DNA of 64,000 bases from the NCBI GenBank assembly GCA_903856085.1, contig CAIOAT010000003.1, forward strand, positions 64,318-128,317, read 5' to 3'. Under the pieces are notes generated by a model. That model searched no databases. It had not been told where the DNA came from and saw only the letters and a list, made by a program, of their open reading frames with translations. A program made the position numbers and the translations under genes. Shown here one piece after another: positions 47,080 to 56,461 of the stretch. Each line of letters begins with the position of its first letter. Within the stretch, counting starts at the first letter, position 1. This stretch comes from Candidatus Omnitrophota bacterium (GTDB lineage Bacteria; Omnitrophota; Omnitrophia; Omnitrophales; Aquincolibacteriaceae).

Positions 47080-48594
47080 GTGAGAACTCCGAAGACGGTC
47101 CTGAAAAAAGTCTTGGTCGGTCTTGTCCTCTTTTCGCTCGGAGCTTTTGTCGCCTTCCTACTTCCTTTCCTGATCGCTTCTTTCGGGATCTCGGACCCTT
47201 GGGTTCATCACCCGCTGTTTTCGATCCTCGTGATGACCGTGATCTTTGTGGTTGCCTATAAATCCACAGAGAAGTTGATTAAAAAATTTCTCGAAAAGTA
47301 TTTTTTTCATAAAAAAACATTCGCTCAAATGACTCTGATGGATTTGGCGGGCGACTTGACCGTGAATTTAGATCTCCAGGAGATCGCGAATCTGGTGGTG
47401 AATACGTTCGGTGAAGTGCTGCAGTTGAAGACTGTGGCCTTACTCGTTTCGGACCCGCTCCAGAATCATCTTGAGGTTGCGTCGGCTTATGGATGGACGC
47501 TTTCGGCTTCCAAAGGGATTCGCCTCGCGACCGATACGCCGCTTTTGAGAATGATCCATCAAATGGGGCCGCACGTCTTGATGCGTGGGCCGGTACTTCA
47601 GAGCCTTGCTTGGCAGGAAGCGAATGCGTTGGCGCGTGATCTTGATTCTTTGCAGGCCGCCTGGATCATTCCGCTGTTCGTAAAAGGGGAGTTGGTGGGG
47701 CTTCTCGCGTTCGGGGCGCTTTTGCCGGATACCGTGTTTGATCAGGGGGACTTCCATTTCTTCCGGGAATTTGCGGCGGCGATTGCGCCTTGTGTGCATA
47801 ATGCCCTTGTCGTGAAGCGACTCAGGGAGCTTAATTTCGAGCTTCAGGATTCTCAATCCCAGTGGGTCCAGAAGACCAAATTGAACGCGATCGAAAAGCT
47901 GGCCGCGGGCATTGCCCACGAGATCCATAATCCTTTGGCCATCATTTCCGGAAAGGCCCAGGTTCTGCTCATGCAGAAAGGGCCCAAGCAGTTAGAACCG
48001 AATGTTCAGGACGCGCTCAACACGATAGTGAAGCAAACGCGACGGGCAGCCGATATAACAAGGAAGCTTTTGATGTATTCTCAAGGGTCCCGAGGACCCC
48101 AGGAGTGGGTTACTCTGGAAAAAGTATTGGATGAGACCCTGGCGTTGCTTGCGTATCAGGCTTCCATGGATAAGATCGAGATCGTAAGAAATCTGGACCC
48201 CGAACTGCCGCCATTTTACGCGAATATGCAGGAGATTCGGGAGATCTTCCTCAATCTGCTTCTGAATGCTGTGGAGGCCGTGGGGTCTGAGGGGAAGATC
48301 GTTGCGGAATTGAAGTATCGCCGGGATGAAGAGCTGATTGAAATCGTGTGCTCGGACACCGGGAAAGGGATTCCGGCCGAACATCTTGATAAGGTGTTTA
48401 ATCCGTTCTATACCACGAGGCACGAGGCTGTGGGGCTCGGGCTTTTCGTGACCAAACAGATCGTGCATCGTTACGGTGGATCGATTCGCGTTGAAAGCCA
48501 GATAGGGATTGGCAGTATGTTCATTCTTCAATTGCCGTATGTGGCGGAGGCGGCACGAAATACGATAGCGAAAAGAACGGGTGCGCCAGTTTAG
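47080..48594 (+). CDS. Sensor histidine kinase with GAF domain
   Basis: 504 aa; N-terminal TM segments, GAF region, HisKA H-box (IAHEIHNPLAII), HATPase N/G boxes. Confidence 0.8.
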   Translation: MRTPKTVLKKVLVGLVLFSLGAFVAFLLPFLIASFGISDPWVHHPLFSILVMTVIFVVAYKSTEKLIKKFLEKYFFHKKTFAQMTLMDLAGDLTVNLDLQEIANLVVNTFGEVLQLKTVALLVSDPLQNHLEVASAYGWTLSASKGIRLATDTPLLRMIHQMGPHVLMRGPVLQSLAWQEANALARDLDSLQAAWIIPLFVKGELVGLLAFGALLPDTVFDQGDFHFFREFAAAIAPCVHNALVVKRLRELNFELQDSQSQWVQKTKLNAIEKLAAGIAHEIHNPLAIISGKAQVLLMQKGPKQLEPNVQDALNTIVKQTRRAADITRKLLMYSQGSRGPQEWVTLEKVLDETLALLAYQASMDKIEIVRNLDPELPPFYANMQEIREIFLNLLLNAVEAVGSEGKIVAELKYRRDEELIEIVCSDTGKGIPAEHLDKVFNPFYTTRHEAVGLGLFVTKQIVHRYGGSIRVESQIGIGSMFILQLPYVAEAARNTIAKRTGAPV

Positions 48595-48828
48595 GCGCCT
48601 GATTTTTCATTAAGAAAAGCATCGAGCAATCAGTCCTGGTTCTCATCTAGAATGGAATATAGCTGACCAGGACAGTCCTAATCACCATTAAGGAAAAGAA
48701 ATCAAAGATCAGGACAGTGCAGTCCAAGCCAGCGCTGATGAAATGAAAAGGGGAGACTTGGGCGCCTGATTTTTATAAATGTTCTTGATTAATCTCGGAT
48801 CACACTCACGCAAGGGAGGAATGCAAAA

Positions 48829-49203
48829 ATGAATAAGATATTGATCGTGGATGACGAAATCGAGATCTGTGAATTTTTAAAATCTTTTTTTGAGGACCGT
48901 GATTTCAAAGTTGCGATTGCGTGTGACGGGACCCAAGCGCTTGAGCAAGTGAGTCTCTTTCATCCAGAAGTTGTGCTTCTGGATATTCAGATGCCGGGGT
49001 TGGACGGTCTTCAAACTCTGAAGAAGATCAAAGAAATGCATCCCAAGGTGAAGGTCATCATGGTGACTGCCGTGGAGACGCAAGAGAAGATCGAGGAAGC
49101 CATGCGGCTGGGAGCGGATAATTACATCACCAAGCCCTTGAGTCTTGAATATCTCGAGAAAGACGTTCAGGACAAGATCGATATTCTTGCCAAGGATTTA
49201 TAG
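48829..49203 (+). CDS. Response regulator, stand-alone receiver domain (CheY-like)
   Basis: 124 aa; receiver motifs DDE, phospho-acceptor D in VVLLDIQMPGLDG, conserved T and K. Confidence 0.8.
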   Translation: MNKILIVDDEIEICEFLKSFFEDRDFKVAIACDGTQALEQVSLFHPEVVLLDIQMPGLDGLQTLKKIKEMHPKVKVIMVTAVETQEKIEEAMRLGADNYITKPLSLEYLEKDVQDKIDILAKDL

Positions 49204-49343
49204 TGTTCTTTCGGTCAACGTCGGCGACGGTCCAGTTTGAGGACTGCCTTCCGAAGCCTTAGTACGAAGATAGCAACGCCGGAGTCCTTGCCGCCGATAC
49301 GGGGGGGCCCAGAAAGAGACCCCGCACGCTGGGGAAATTTTTT

Positions 49344-50618
49344 ATGCCGACGAAAGCGAAGTTGCCGAACACTCAAAAATTCGATTATCAAGAAGTCCTT
49401 CGGGATGTAGCCCGCAGTATGGTTCGCCTCAAGAGGCCTGACCGCCTTCTCAAGCTTATCACTCGTTTCATCGACCAGCAGTTTGGTCTCGCGCATGCCT
49501 CGCTTCTGGTTTTCGATCCAAAGAAGGGGCATTATGTTTTCGTCCATTCGAAAGGGACAAAACGTCTTCCGATGGGGCTCGTAAAATTCGATTCGGACCA
49601 TCCTCTCGTTCAGTGGTTCTCAGGTTCCAAGAAAAAACTGCCATTCCAAAAAGATTTTCTTTTCCTCTCTGATGTCAAAAAAATGCTTTCCCGCGCGGAA
49701 TTCCGTATGGCCTCGAATTCTAAGGGGGATCAGCTCGCAGGGATCCAGAAAACGATGCAGAACCTGAAAGTAGAGCTGCTGGTTCCCGGTTATTTCAAGG
49801 ATGCGCTCGTAGGTTTGCTGATGTTGGGGCGGCGTGTGAATGGCCGTTGCTTCACCACGCAGGAAGTCACTTTTTTCCAGACGCTGGCCCACGATTGCTC
49901 GATGGCCGTCAAAACCGCGGAATACAATCAGAATCTTGTTGAGCAGAATCAGGAACTCGCGAAGCGTCTTGAAGAGATCGAAAGAATGCGGAACAAAGAA
50001 CAGCGGACCTATTATGAGATCATGCGATCGCTGGCCGAAGAAGTTCATGCCAAGGAGCCTTATATTTTTAGTCATGTCTCGGAAGTGGAGCGCCTCGGAA
50101 TGATGACGGCCCGTGAAATGGGGATGGATCTTTCCGGTAAGACCAAGGACCTGCTTTCCGCGGCATTGATCTTGCATGACGTCGGAAAGATCGGGATCCC
50201 GGATAACATTCTTTGCAAACCCGGACAGCTGACTCAGGAAGAATGGCGGGTCATGAAGACCCATGTGGAAAAAGGAGCCCGGATCCTGGAGCCGCTTACG
50301 GATTTCAAGAAAGTCCGCGAGATTATCATGTCGCATCACGAGCGTTTTGACGGGAGTGGTTATCCTCGTGGTCTCAAGGGGGATGAGATTTCGATCGAAG
50401 CGCGTATCATCAGCGTGGTGGACAGTTTTCATGCCATTGTTTCGTCGCGGTGCTATCGGGAAGGCCGCTCGATTGATTCTGCTATCCACGAGGTCCGGAA
50501 TTGCGCGGGCACCCAGTTCGATCCGGTCGTGGTGGATGCTTTTCTGAGAGCTCTGAGGACGGAGCTTCAAAAAAAAGGCGAGATCCCAAGTGCTTTGGCC
50601 GAACACGCCGCAGACTGA
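49344..50618 (+). CDS. GAF-domain HD-GYP phosphodiesterase (c-di-GMP signalling)
   Basis: 424 aa; HD motif (ILHDVGKIGIPDNIL), HHERFDGSGYP (GYP motif). Confidence 0.75.
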   Translation: MPTKAKLPNTQKFDYQEVLRDVARSMVRLKRPDRLLKLITRFIDQQFGLAHASLLVFDPKKGHYVFVHSKGTKRLPMGLVKFDSDHPLVQWFSGSKKKLPFQKDFLFLSDVKKMLSRAEFRMASNSKGDQLAGIQKTMQNLKVELLVPGYFKDALVGLLMLGRRVNGRCFTTQEVTFFQTLAHDCSMAVKTAEYNQNLVEQNQELAKRLEEIERMRNKEQRTYYEIMRSLAEEVHAKEPYIFSHVSEVERLGMMTAREMGMDLSGKTKDLLSAALILHDVGKIGIPDNILCKPGQLTQEEWRVMKTHVEKGARILEPLTDFKKVREIIMSHHERFDGSGYPRGLKGDEISIEARIISVVDSFHAIVSSRCYREGRSIDSAIHEVRNCAGTQFDPVVVDAFLRALRTELQKKGEIPSALAEHAAD

Positions 50619-50645
50619 CCTCTTTCATTTTTATGGACTTATCGC

Positions 50646-50674
50646 TTGCGTCTCCAGGGGGGCATCAGTATAAT
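50646..50674 (+). promoter_or_regulatory. Sigma70-like promoter candidate (TTGCGT-17-TATAAT) upstream of dksA-like/lspA/lgt/rluA operon
   Basis: TTGCGT 50646-50651, TATAAT 50669-50674; first gene ATG at 50757. Confidence 0.4.
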
Positions 50675-50756
50675 GCCGCCTCGATTTCTTAAGTATGTAG
50701 GCAGGCCCGGTCCACGGCGGGGTCTTTCAATTTCAAGGAAAGTGGGTTAAAATTTT

Positions 50757-51221
50757 ATGGCAAAAACCAAAAAAACTTCCAAGAAGTCTTCCAAAAAGCC
50801 TGTGAAAAAGTCTGTCAAGAAACCAGCCAAGGCGTTGAAAGTTAAGCGTCTTCCTAAGAAGGAGCTGGACATGTACAAAAAGATGCTTTTTCAGCTGCGC
50901 GGGAAGATTGCCGGAGATCTCCAGCAAATTGAGGGAGATTCCCTGAGTGGGAATCAACCCAGCAATTCAGGGGAACTCTCCGACGTGGCCGATATGGCAA
51001 CCGATAATTATGATCGGGAACTGAGCATCGGGCTGGCGACTAACGAGCAGCAGCTTCTCAACGACATTGATGTTGCCCTCAAAAGGATTGAAGACGGTAC
51101 CTACGGTGTTTGCGAAATCTATGGAACGCCGATCCCCAAAAAACGTCTTTTGGCGATGCCTTATACTCGTCTTTCGATGAAGGCCCAGGAAGAAGAGGAG
51201 AAGAACAAACGTCATCAGTAA
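50757..51221 (+). CDS. DksA/TraR-family RNAP-binding protein lacking the C4 zinc finger, with Lys-rich N-terminal tail
   Basis: 154 aa; coiled-coil with acidic tip region (DVADMATDNYDRE) and C-terminal DGTYGVCEIYGTPIPKKRLLAMPYTRL, where only one of the four canonical Cys is retained; N-terminus MAKTKKTSKKSSKKPVKKSVKKPAK. Confidence 0.6.
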   Translation: MAKTKKTSKKSSKKPVKKSVKKPAKALKVKRLPKKELDMYKKMLFQLRGKIAGDLQQIEGDSLSGNQPSNSGELSDVADMATDNYDRELSIGLATNEQQLLNDIDVALKRIEDGTYGVCEIYGTPIPKKRLLAMPYTRLSMKAQEEEEKNKRHQ

Positions 51222-51238
51222 TCTTCTTCTACGGCCTC

Positions 51239-51676
51239 GTGGGGTCCGTAGTTCTCATTGACCAGCTCTCAAAATTTCTCGCCCTTCAATATCTTTCCCC
51301 TCAAACATCGGTCCCCCTCATTTCGCAGGTTCTGGATCTGACGCTCGTCAAAAATCCCGGCGTTGCGTTCGGACTTTTTAGCGGCTACGCGCCGGTGCTT
51401 TTTACGGTGATCACGGTCAGCCTTGTTTTTTTATTTCTGATTGCGAACCGTTCTCACGGAACTGCGGCTCATGGAACTTCGACCGTGGACCGTTGGGCGC
51501 TTAGTTTGATCTTAGGGGGTGCGATCGGGAACTGGATCGACCGCCTGCGTTTCGCGGCGGTGATCGATTTTATCGATTTCCGGGTCTGGCCGGTCTTTAA
51601 CCTAGCGGATACTGCGATCACGATCGGTGTTTGTCTTTATTTTGTCCGCGTTCTTATGTCCAAAGAAAAAACATGA
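51239..51676 (+). CDS. lspA: Lipoprotein signal peptidase (LspA)
   Basis: Conserved LspA blocks (VLIDQLSK, VKNPGVAFGLF, IDFIDF, FNLADTAI); track ORF begins at ATG 51110 inside the dksA-like gene; a GTG at 51239 just after its stop is the most plausible start (uncertain). Confidence 0.7.
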   Translation: MGSVVLIDQLSKFLALQYLSPQTSVPLISQVLDLTLVKNPGVAFGLFSGYAPVLFTVITVSLVFLFLIANRSHGTAAHGTSTVDRWALSLILGGAIGNWIDRLRFAAVIDFIDFRVWPVFNLADTAITIGVCLYFVRVLMSKEKT

Positions 51677-52410
51677 GACCCATTCTTTTTTCTTTCGGGG
51701 CGATCCACCTCTACTCGTACGGTTTCAGTATTGCCTTCGGTGTTCTGCTCTCCCTTTTTCTGATGAGGCATCGCGCCGCTAAAGAAGGGTTTCCTAAGCC
51801 TGACGGGGTGGTCGATATTGCTTTTGCGGTTCTCGTGTGGGGATTTCTCGGAGCTCGACTTTTTTATGTGATCCAGAACTTCTCCTATTACGCGGCTGAA
51901 CCGCTTAAGATCTTGGCCGTTTGGGAAGGCGGGCTGATCTTCTACGGAGGTGCGATCACGGCTTTGCTGGGTTTTGGGCTGATGGTCCGGAAGCAGAAGT
52001 GCCCCTTCTGGAAAACCCTAGATTTTTTTGTCCCGTATGTTGCACTGACGCACGCTTTCGGAAGAATCGGATGCTTTTTGAACGGATGTTGTTACGGCAA
52101 GAGTTGCGATCTGCCCTGGGCTGTTCGGTTTCCGGAGATTCCTCATGCGGTGCATCCGACGCAGCTTTATGAGGCTTTTTATGACCTTCTGCTTTTTGTG
52201 TTCCTCATTAAACGGAGGAAACGGGCTCGGCGCGAAGGTGAGATCAGCCTTCTTTATTTTCTTCTGTACGGCATGGGCCGCTACATGATCGAGTTTGTAC
52301 GCGAACCGAGCTGGATGTGGATGGGACTTACCTCGAACCAGTGGCTGAGCGTCGCGATCATGGTGGTTGCCTTCATTTTTTTTCAATCCCGTCAGCGAAA
52401 AGCCCCATAA
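51673..52410 (+). CDS. lgt: Prolipoprotein diacylglyceryl transferase (Lgt)
   Basis: ATG 51673 overlapping lspA stop (ATGA); Lgt signature region (HLYSYGF...; GRIGCFLNGCCYG). Confidence 0.85.
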   Translation: MRPILFSFGAIHLYSYGFSIAFGVLLSLFLMRHRAAKEGFPKPDGVVDIAFAVLVWGFLGARLFYVIQNFSYYAAEPLKILAVWEGGLIFYGGAITALLGFGLMVRKQKCPFWKTLDFFVPYVALTHAFGRIGCFLNGCCYGKSCDLPWAVRFPEIPHAVHPTQLYEAFYDLLLFVFLIKRRKRARREGEISLLYFLLYGMGRYMIEFVREPSWMWMGLTSNQWLSVAIMVVAFIFFQSRQRKAP

Positions 52411-52411
52411 C

Positions 52412-53335
52412 ATGCCCAAAAACCGTTTTACGGAGTTTGAGGTGGAGTCCATGGAGGCCGAGCAACGGCTCGATGTGTTTCTCGCCCAGAAGATGCTTGA
52501 TCAACATTCTCGATCGCATCTTCAAAAGATGATCAAGAATGGTGCTGTGCTCGTGGATGGAAAAAATGTGACACCCCACCATCTGGTCAAGGAAGGTGAG
52601 AAAGTCCGCGTCGAAAAACTCGACATGCCGGTGGAGGATCTTCCCGCCGAGGCGATCTCACTCGATATTGTTTATGAAGATGACGATTGCCTGGTTGTGA
52701 ACAAAGCGGCGGGCATGGTCGTCCATCCAGCGCATGGAAACCCCCGCCATACGCTCGTCAACGCGCTGCTCTTTCATGTCCAAAGCCTGGGGAATGCCGA
52801 GGACAAGGTCCGGCCGGGGATCGTGCACCGCCTCGATAAAGACACCTCAGGCCTCCTGGTGGTCGCCAAGAATGACTACGCACATGCCAAACTCGCGTTC
52901 CAGTTCAAAGAACACACGATTGACCGGGTCTACAACGCCATCGTCCGCGGCGTGGTGCAGCATGACGAGGGTGTCTGCGAAGAACCCGTGGGGCGTGCCT
53001 TTCTCAATCGAAAAAAAGTAGTCATTCGTCCCTCCGGCGGTAAGGACGCTGTCACTTTTTTTCGTGTGCTGAAACGGTTTCCGAACGCGACTTTCGTGGA
53101 GATCCGTCCGAAGACCGGCCGCACCCATCAGATCCGCGTGCATTTCGCGTACATGGGGCATCCGGTGTTGGGCGATGCCCTTTATGGCGTTCAATTCCCG
53201 CCGATCAAACGACAAGCGCTTCACGCCTTGTCGCTTGGATTTGAGCAACCCCGTACGAAGAAGTGGATCCATCTGACAAGCGAGTTACCCGAGGATATGC
53301 AGGGCCTTCTGCGCTTTCTTGAAACGCACCCCTAA
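52412..53335 (+). CDS. RluA-family 23S rRNA pseudouridine synthase (RluD-like, with S4 domain)
   Basis: ATG 52412; N-terminal S4 domain; catalytic HRLDKDTSGLLVVAK motif. Confidence 0.8.
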   Translation: MPKNRFTEFEVESMEAEQRLDVFLAQKMLDQHSRSHLQKMIKNGAVLVDGKNVTPHHLVKEGEKVRVEKLDMPVEDLPAEAISLDIVYEDDDCLVVNKAAGMVVHPAHGNPRHTLVNALLFHVQSLGNAEDKVRPGIVHRLDKDTSGLLVVAKNDYAHAKLAFQFKEHTIDRVYNAIVRGVVQHDEGVCEEPVGRAFLNRKKVVIRPSGGKDAVTFFRVLKRFPNATFVEIRPKTGRTHQIRVHFAYMGHPVLGDALYGVQFPPIKRQALHALSLGFEQPRTKKWIHLTSELPEDMQGLLRFLETHP

Positions 53336-53355
53336 TTCGCTTATAATCAAAAGCC

Positions 53356-54033
53356 GTGAATCCTGTTCATTGGCTTTTCTTCATCGGGACCGTTGTCGTC
53401 TCTCTGGGTTTTGCATTCTACGGGCAGTGGGTGCTCTGGAAATATAAAGCGTCTGCTTATAGAACCACCGTGACCGGCTGCGAGACCGCACGTTTCGTTC
53501 TGGATAAAGCGGGCCTCGTCCAGGTTCCTGTGACTCCGATCGAACCCTCCGAGGAATATCCTTCCGCCGAAGGTCTTTTTTTGGAACCTGGGATCTATGA
53601 AGGGCGCGATTTCCTTTCTGTCCTTCAGGCATCGCGTCAGGCATTCCTGAAGTGTCAACTCTCCAACATGACTTTTTGGGTGCGTCTCAAAACCCGTATT
53701 GCGTTCCTGATCCGTTTCACAGTTTTGGCCGGATGGATCCTCTTGGTTCTCGGCAATTTTTTCCACGCCCTTCAATTCCTGGTCAACCTTGGGCTTGGGT
53801 GTTTTACCGTGGTCATGGCCCTCGTGATCTTTGATCTGCCGTTTGAACTGGAGGTCGAGGAGAAAACGTCCAAGCTTCTCAAACATTCCGGATATTTTCA
53901 GCTGAATGAAATGACCCATCTGAAAAAGCTGAGTCAAGCGATCGCGCTTTGGGGGCTAGCGGCCATCGTCCGTGCTCCCTTTGATAAATGCCTTTGCCTT
54001 TTAGGGAAGAAAGGGAGGGGCTATGGGCTTTAA
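53356..54033 (+). CDS. YugP-type (Zn_peptidase_2-like) membrane protein lacking the HExxH catalytic motif
   Basis: 225 aa; architecture and several blocks parallel YugP-type peptidases (TGCETARFVLDKAGL..V.V; later TM helices and FELEVEE block), but positions of DHYDP and HExxH read SEEYP and RQAFL. Confidence 0.45.
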   Translation: MNPVHWLFFIGTVVVSLGFAFYGQWVLWKYKASAYRTTVTGCETARFVLDKAGLVQVPVTPIEPSEEYPSAEGLFLEPGIYEGRDFLSVLQASRQAFLKCQLSNMTFWVRLKTRIAFLIRFTVLAGWILLVLGNFFHALQFLVNLGLGCFTVVMALVIFDLPFELEVEEKTSKLLKHSGYFQLNEMTHLKKLSQAIALWGLAAIVRAPFDKCLCLLGKKGRGYGL

Positions 54034-55492
54034 AAATCTCGGGGAATTTCTGAAAGCCCTTCGCGAAGAAGGCGAGCTTGTGGAAGTGAAAGCGCCGGTC
54101 GATCCGGTGCTGGAGGTGACGGAAATTTATGACCGCATCGTGAAAAAGGAGGGGCCGGCGCTTCTTTTTACGAATGTCCGAGGTTCTTCGATGCCGCTTG
54201 CTATCAACATTTTTGGTTCTCAGAAACGTATGAGTATGGCGCTTGGCGTAAGGGACACTGCAGAGATCGCCCAGCGCATCCATTCTTTCTTGGATCTCAA
54301 GCCGCCCCAAGGTCTTTTTGAGAAGCTCGCGATGATCCCTAAGCTCTCAGAGTTGAACGCTATCATTCCTAAATCCGTCAAGCACGCACCTTGTCAGGAG
54401 AAGATCATTCTCGCGGGCGAAGGAAAGATGTTGGATCAACTTCCCTTGATCCAGTGCTGGCCCAAGGATGGTGGAAAATTTATCACATTCCCGCTCGTGG
54501 TTACCCAGGACCCCGAGACGAGCAAACGCAATCTCGGGCTTTATCGAATGCATGTCTATGATGACCGGACAACCGGAATGCATTGGCAGATCCATAAGGA
54601 CGGTGCCGAACATTTTCGCAAGCTCCGCAAGGGCGGGAAAGGCCGCTTGCCCGTCGCGTGTGTGATCGGCGCGGATCCGGCGACTATGTTCGCGGCCGCG
54701 TGCCCGCTTCCGAGTGGTATGGATGAGCTGATGCTCGCGGGATTTTTGAGGAAAAAATCTGTGGAGCTTGTCAAATGCAAGACCATTGATCTGGAGGTTC
54801 CGGCCGAGGCCGAGATCGTGCTGGAAGGGTATGTCGAAGAGGGAGAGATGCGTCTTGAGGGGCCATTCGGTGATCACACGGGGTTTTACTCGCGCGCGAA
54901 GGATTTTCCAGTTTTTCACATCACCTGCATGACGCATCGCAAGGATCCGGTCTATGTCACGACCGTCGTCGGCCGCGCGCCGATGGAGGATTGTTACATG
55001 GGGAAGGCGATCGAACGGATATTCCTTCCTATGATCCAAAAACCATTTCCCGAGATCACGGATATACACCTTCCCTGGGAAGGGGCGTTTCACAATTGTC
55101 TTATCGTGAGTATCAAAAAAAGCTATCCGGAGCAGGGAAAGAAGATCATTCATGGGATCTGGGGCCTCGGACAGATGATGTTCTCCAAAATGATCGTTGT
55201 CCTCGACGATGATACGAATATTCAGGACTTGAAAGAGGTTTCGTGGCGCGTGCTGAATAATATGGACCCGAAACGCGATATTGTGTTTGGCGAAGGGCCG
55301 CTCGATGAGCTCGATCACGCCGCGGCGAAGGATTTCGGAGGCTCGAAGATCGGGATCGACGCGACGCGAAAAAACGAAGCCGAAGGGATGGAGCGTCCCT
55401 GGCCCGAAGATATCGTGATGACGGATGAGATCAAACGCCGGGTCGAGACTCGTTGGCGTGAGTATGGGCTAGATGAAAAATATCTTCGCTAA
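54023..55492 (+). CDS. UbiD-family (prFMN-dependent) decarboxylase, menaquinone/futalosine-pathway MqnL-like
   Basis: 489 aa; UbiD family N-terminal and prFMN-binding region; cluster context with UbiA-like, UbiX, mqnA, mqnC/E, ubiE. Confidence 0.7.
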   Translation: MGFKNLGEFLKALREEGELVEVKAPVDPVLEVTEIYDRIVKKEGPALLFTNVRGSSMPLAINIFGSQKRMSMALGVRDTAEIAQRIHSFLDLKPPQGLFEKLAMIPKLSELNAIIPKSVKHAPCQEKIILAGEGKMLDQLPLIQCWPKDGGKFITFPLVVTQDPETSKRNLGLYRMHVYDDRTTGMHWQIHKDGAEHFRKLRKGGKGRLPVACVIGADPATMFAAACPLPSGMDELMLAGFLRKKSVELVKCKTIDLEVPAEAEIVLEGYVEEGEMRLEGPFGDHTGFYSRAKDFPVFHITCMTHRKDPVYVTTVVGRAPMEDCYMGKAIERIFLPMIQKPFPEITDIHLPWEGAFHNCLIVSIKKSYPEQGKKIIHGIWGLGQMMFSKMIVVLDDDTNIQDLKEVSWRVLNNMDPKRDIVFGEGPLDELDHAAAKDFGGSKIGIDATRKNEAEGMERPWPEDIVMTDEIKRRVETRWREYGLDEKYLR

Positions 55493-56336
55493 GACGGCTC
55501 TTTTTCTTGAAATGATCAAGTTCGAGCATTCGATCTTTGCTCTTCCCTTTGCGTATCTCGGGCTTTTCTTTGCCGAGAAAAAAATCCCGAGCTTTTTCCT
55601 CTTTTTCTGGATCACGGTTGCGATGGTAAGTTTTCGCACTCTGGCCATGAGCCTCAACCGGTTGCTTGACCGGACGATCGACGCGGAGAATCCGAGGACT
55701 CAAGGACGGGCGCTTCCGCAAAAAAAAATACGGGTGGGCTTTGTTTGGTTGGCGGTGCTCGCCTCGTTCCTTATTTTCGAATGGAGTTCTTTTACTCTCG
55801 GACCGTTGTGTTTTTGGCTTTCGCCGGTTCCCGTGGCCTTGGTGTGGATTTATCCGTTGACCAAGCGTTTCACATGGCTCTCGCATTTTGTGCTGGGGCT
55901 GGTCCTTGGGATCGCGCCGTACGGCGCCTGGATCGCAAGCCGGCAGTCGTTCGGCTGGGCGCCCGCATTCCTGACTTTGGGTGTCATGATGTGGGTCGCA
56001 GGTTTTGATATGATCTATGCTCTGCAGGACATGGATTTTGATCGTAAATCCGGGCTTTATTCCGTGCCGGCCAAGTTCGGAGAGGCGCGAACGCTTCAAA
56101 TCACCAAGGTGCTTCATGCGCTGGCCGTTCTCTGTTGGGCCGTGGCGGGTCTCTTGAATGGGGCAAGGTTGATCTATGGGTTTGGGTTGGTCCTGGTGGC
56201 TTATTTGCTTTGGCGCGAGCATCGACTGATGCTCTCTTCCGGTATCACGAAAATGAACGAGGCCTTTTTTATCATGAATGGCATCGTCAGCGTCGCGCTT
56301 TTTCTGGCTGTCGTGCTGGATGTGACGATAAAATAA
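55473..56336 (+). CDS. UbiA-family aromatic prenyltransferase (MqnP-like)
   Basis: 287 aa; 8-9 TM helices; Asp-rich motifs (NRLLDRTID; DMIYALQDMDFD). Confidence 0.7.
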   Translation: MKNIFAKTALFLEMIKFEHSIFALPFAYLGLFFAEKKIPSFFLFFWITVAMVSFRTLAMSLNRLLDRTIDAENPRTQGRALPQKKIRVGFVWLAVLASFLIFEWSSFTLGPLCFWLSPVPVALVWIYPLTKRFTWLSHFVLGLVLGIAPYGAWIASRQSFGWAPAFLTLGVMMWVAGFDMIYALQDMDFDRKSGLYSVPAKFGEARTLQITKVLHALAVLCWAVAGLLNGARLIYGFGLVLVAYLLWREHRLMLSSGITKMNEAFFIMNGIVSVALFLAVVLDVTIK

Positions 56337-56461
56337 AATTTTGAAGTGACAATAGCACGTAACGCGGCGACGCAAGCTGCCTGTCCTTTTGGCAACCAAG
56401 TAGCATTGTGCCGTACTCGGTATCCTTCGAAAGGCTTACCGTCCAATGGGAGGTGAGGGGA

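Noticed and set aside
53347-53937. 196-aa minus-strand ORF overlapping the peptidase-like gene
   Set aside because: Its translation is charged and low-complexity with no TM segments or motifs. The plus-strand product has coherent membrane topology and family-like blocks.
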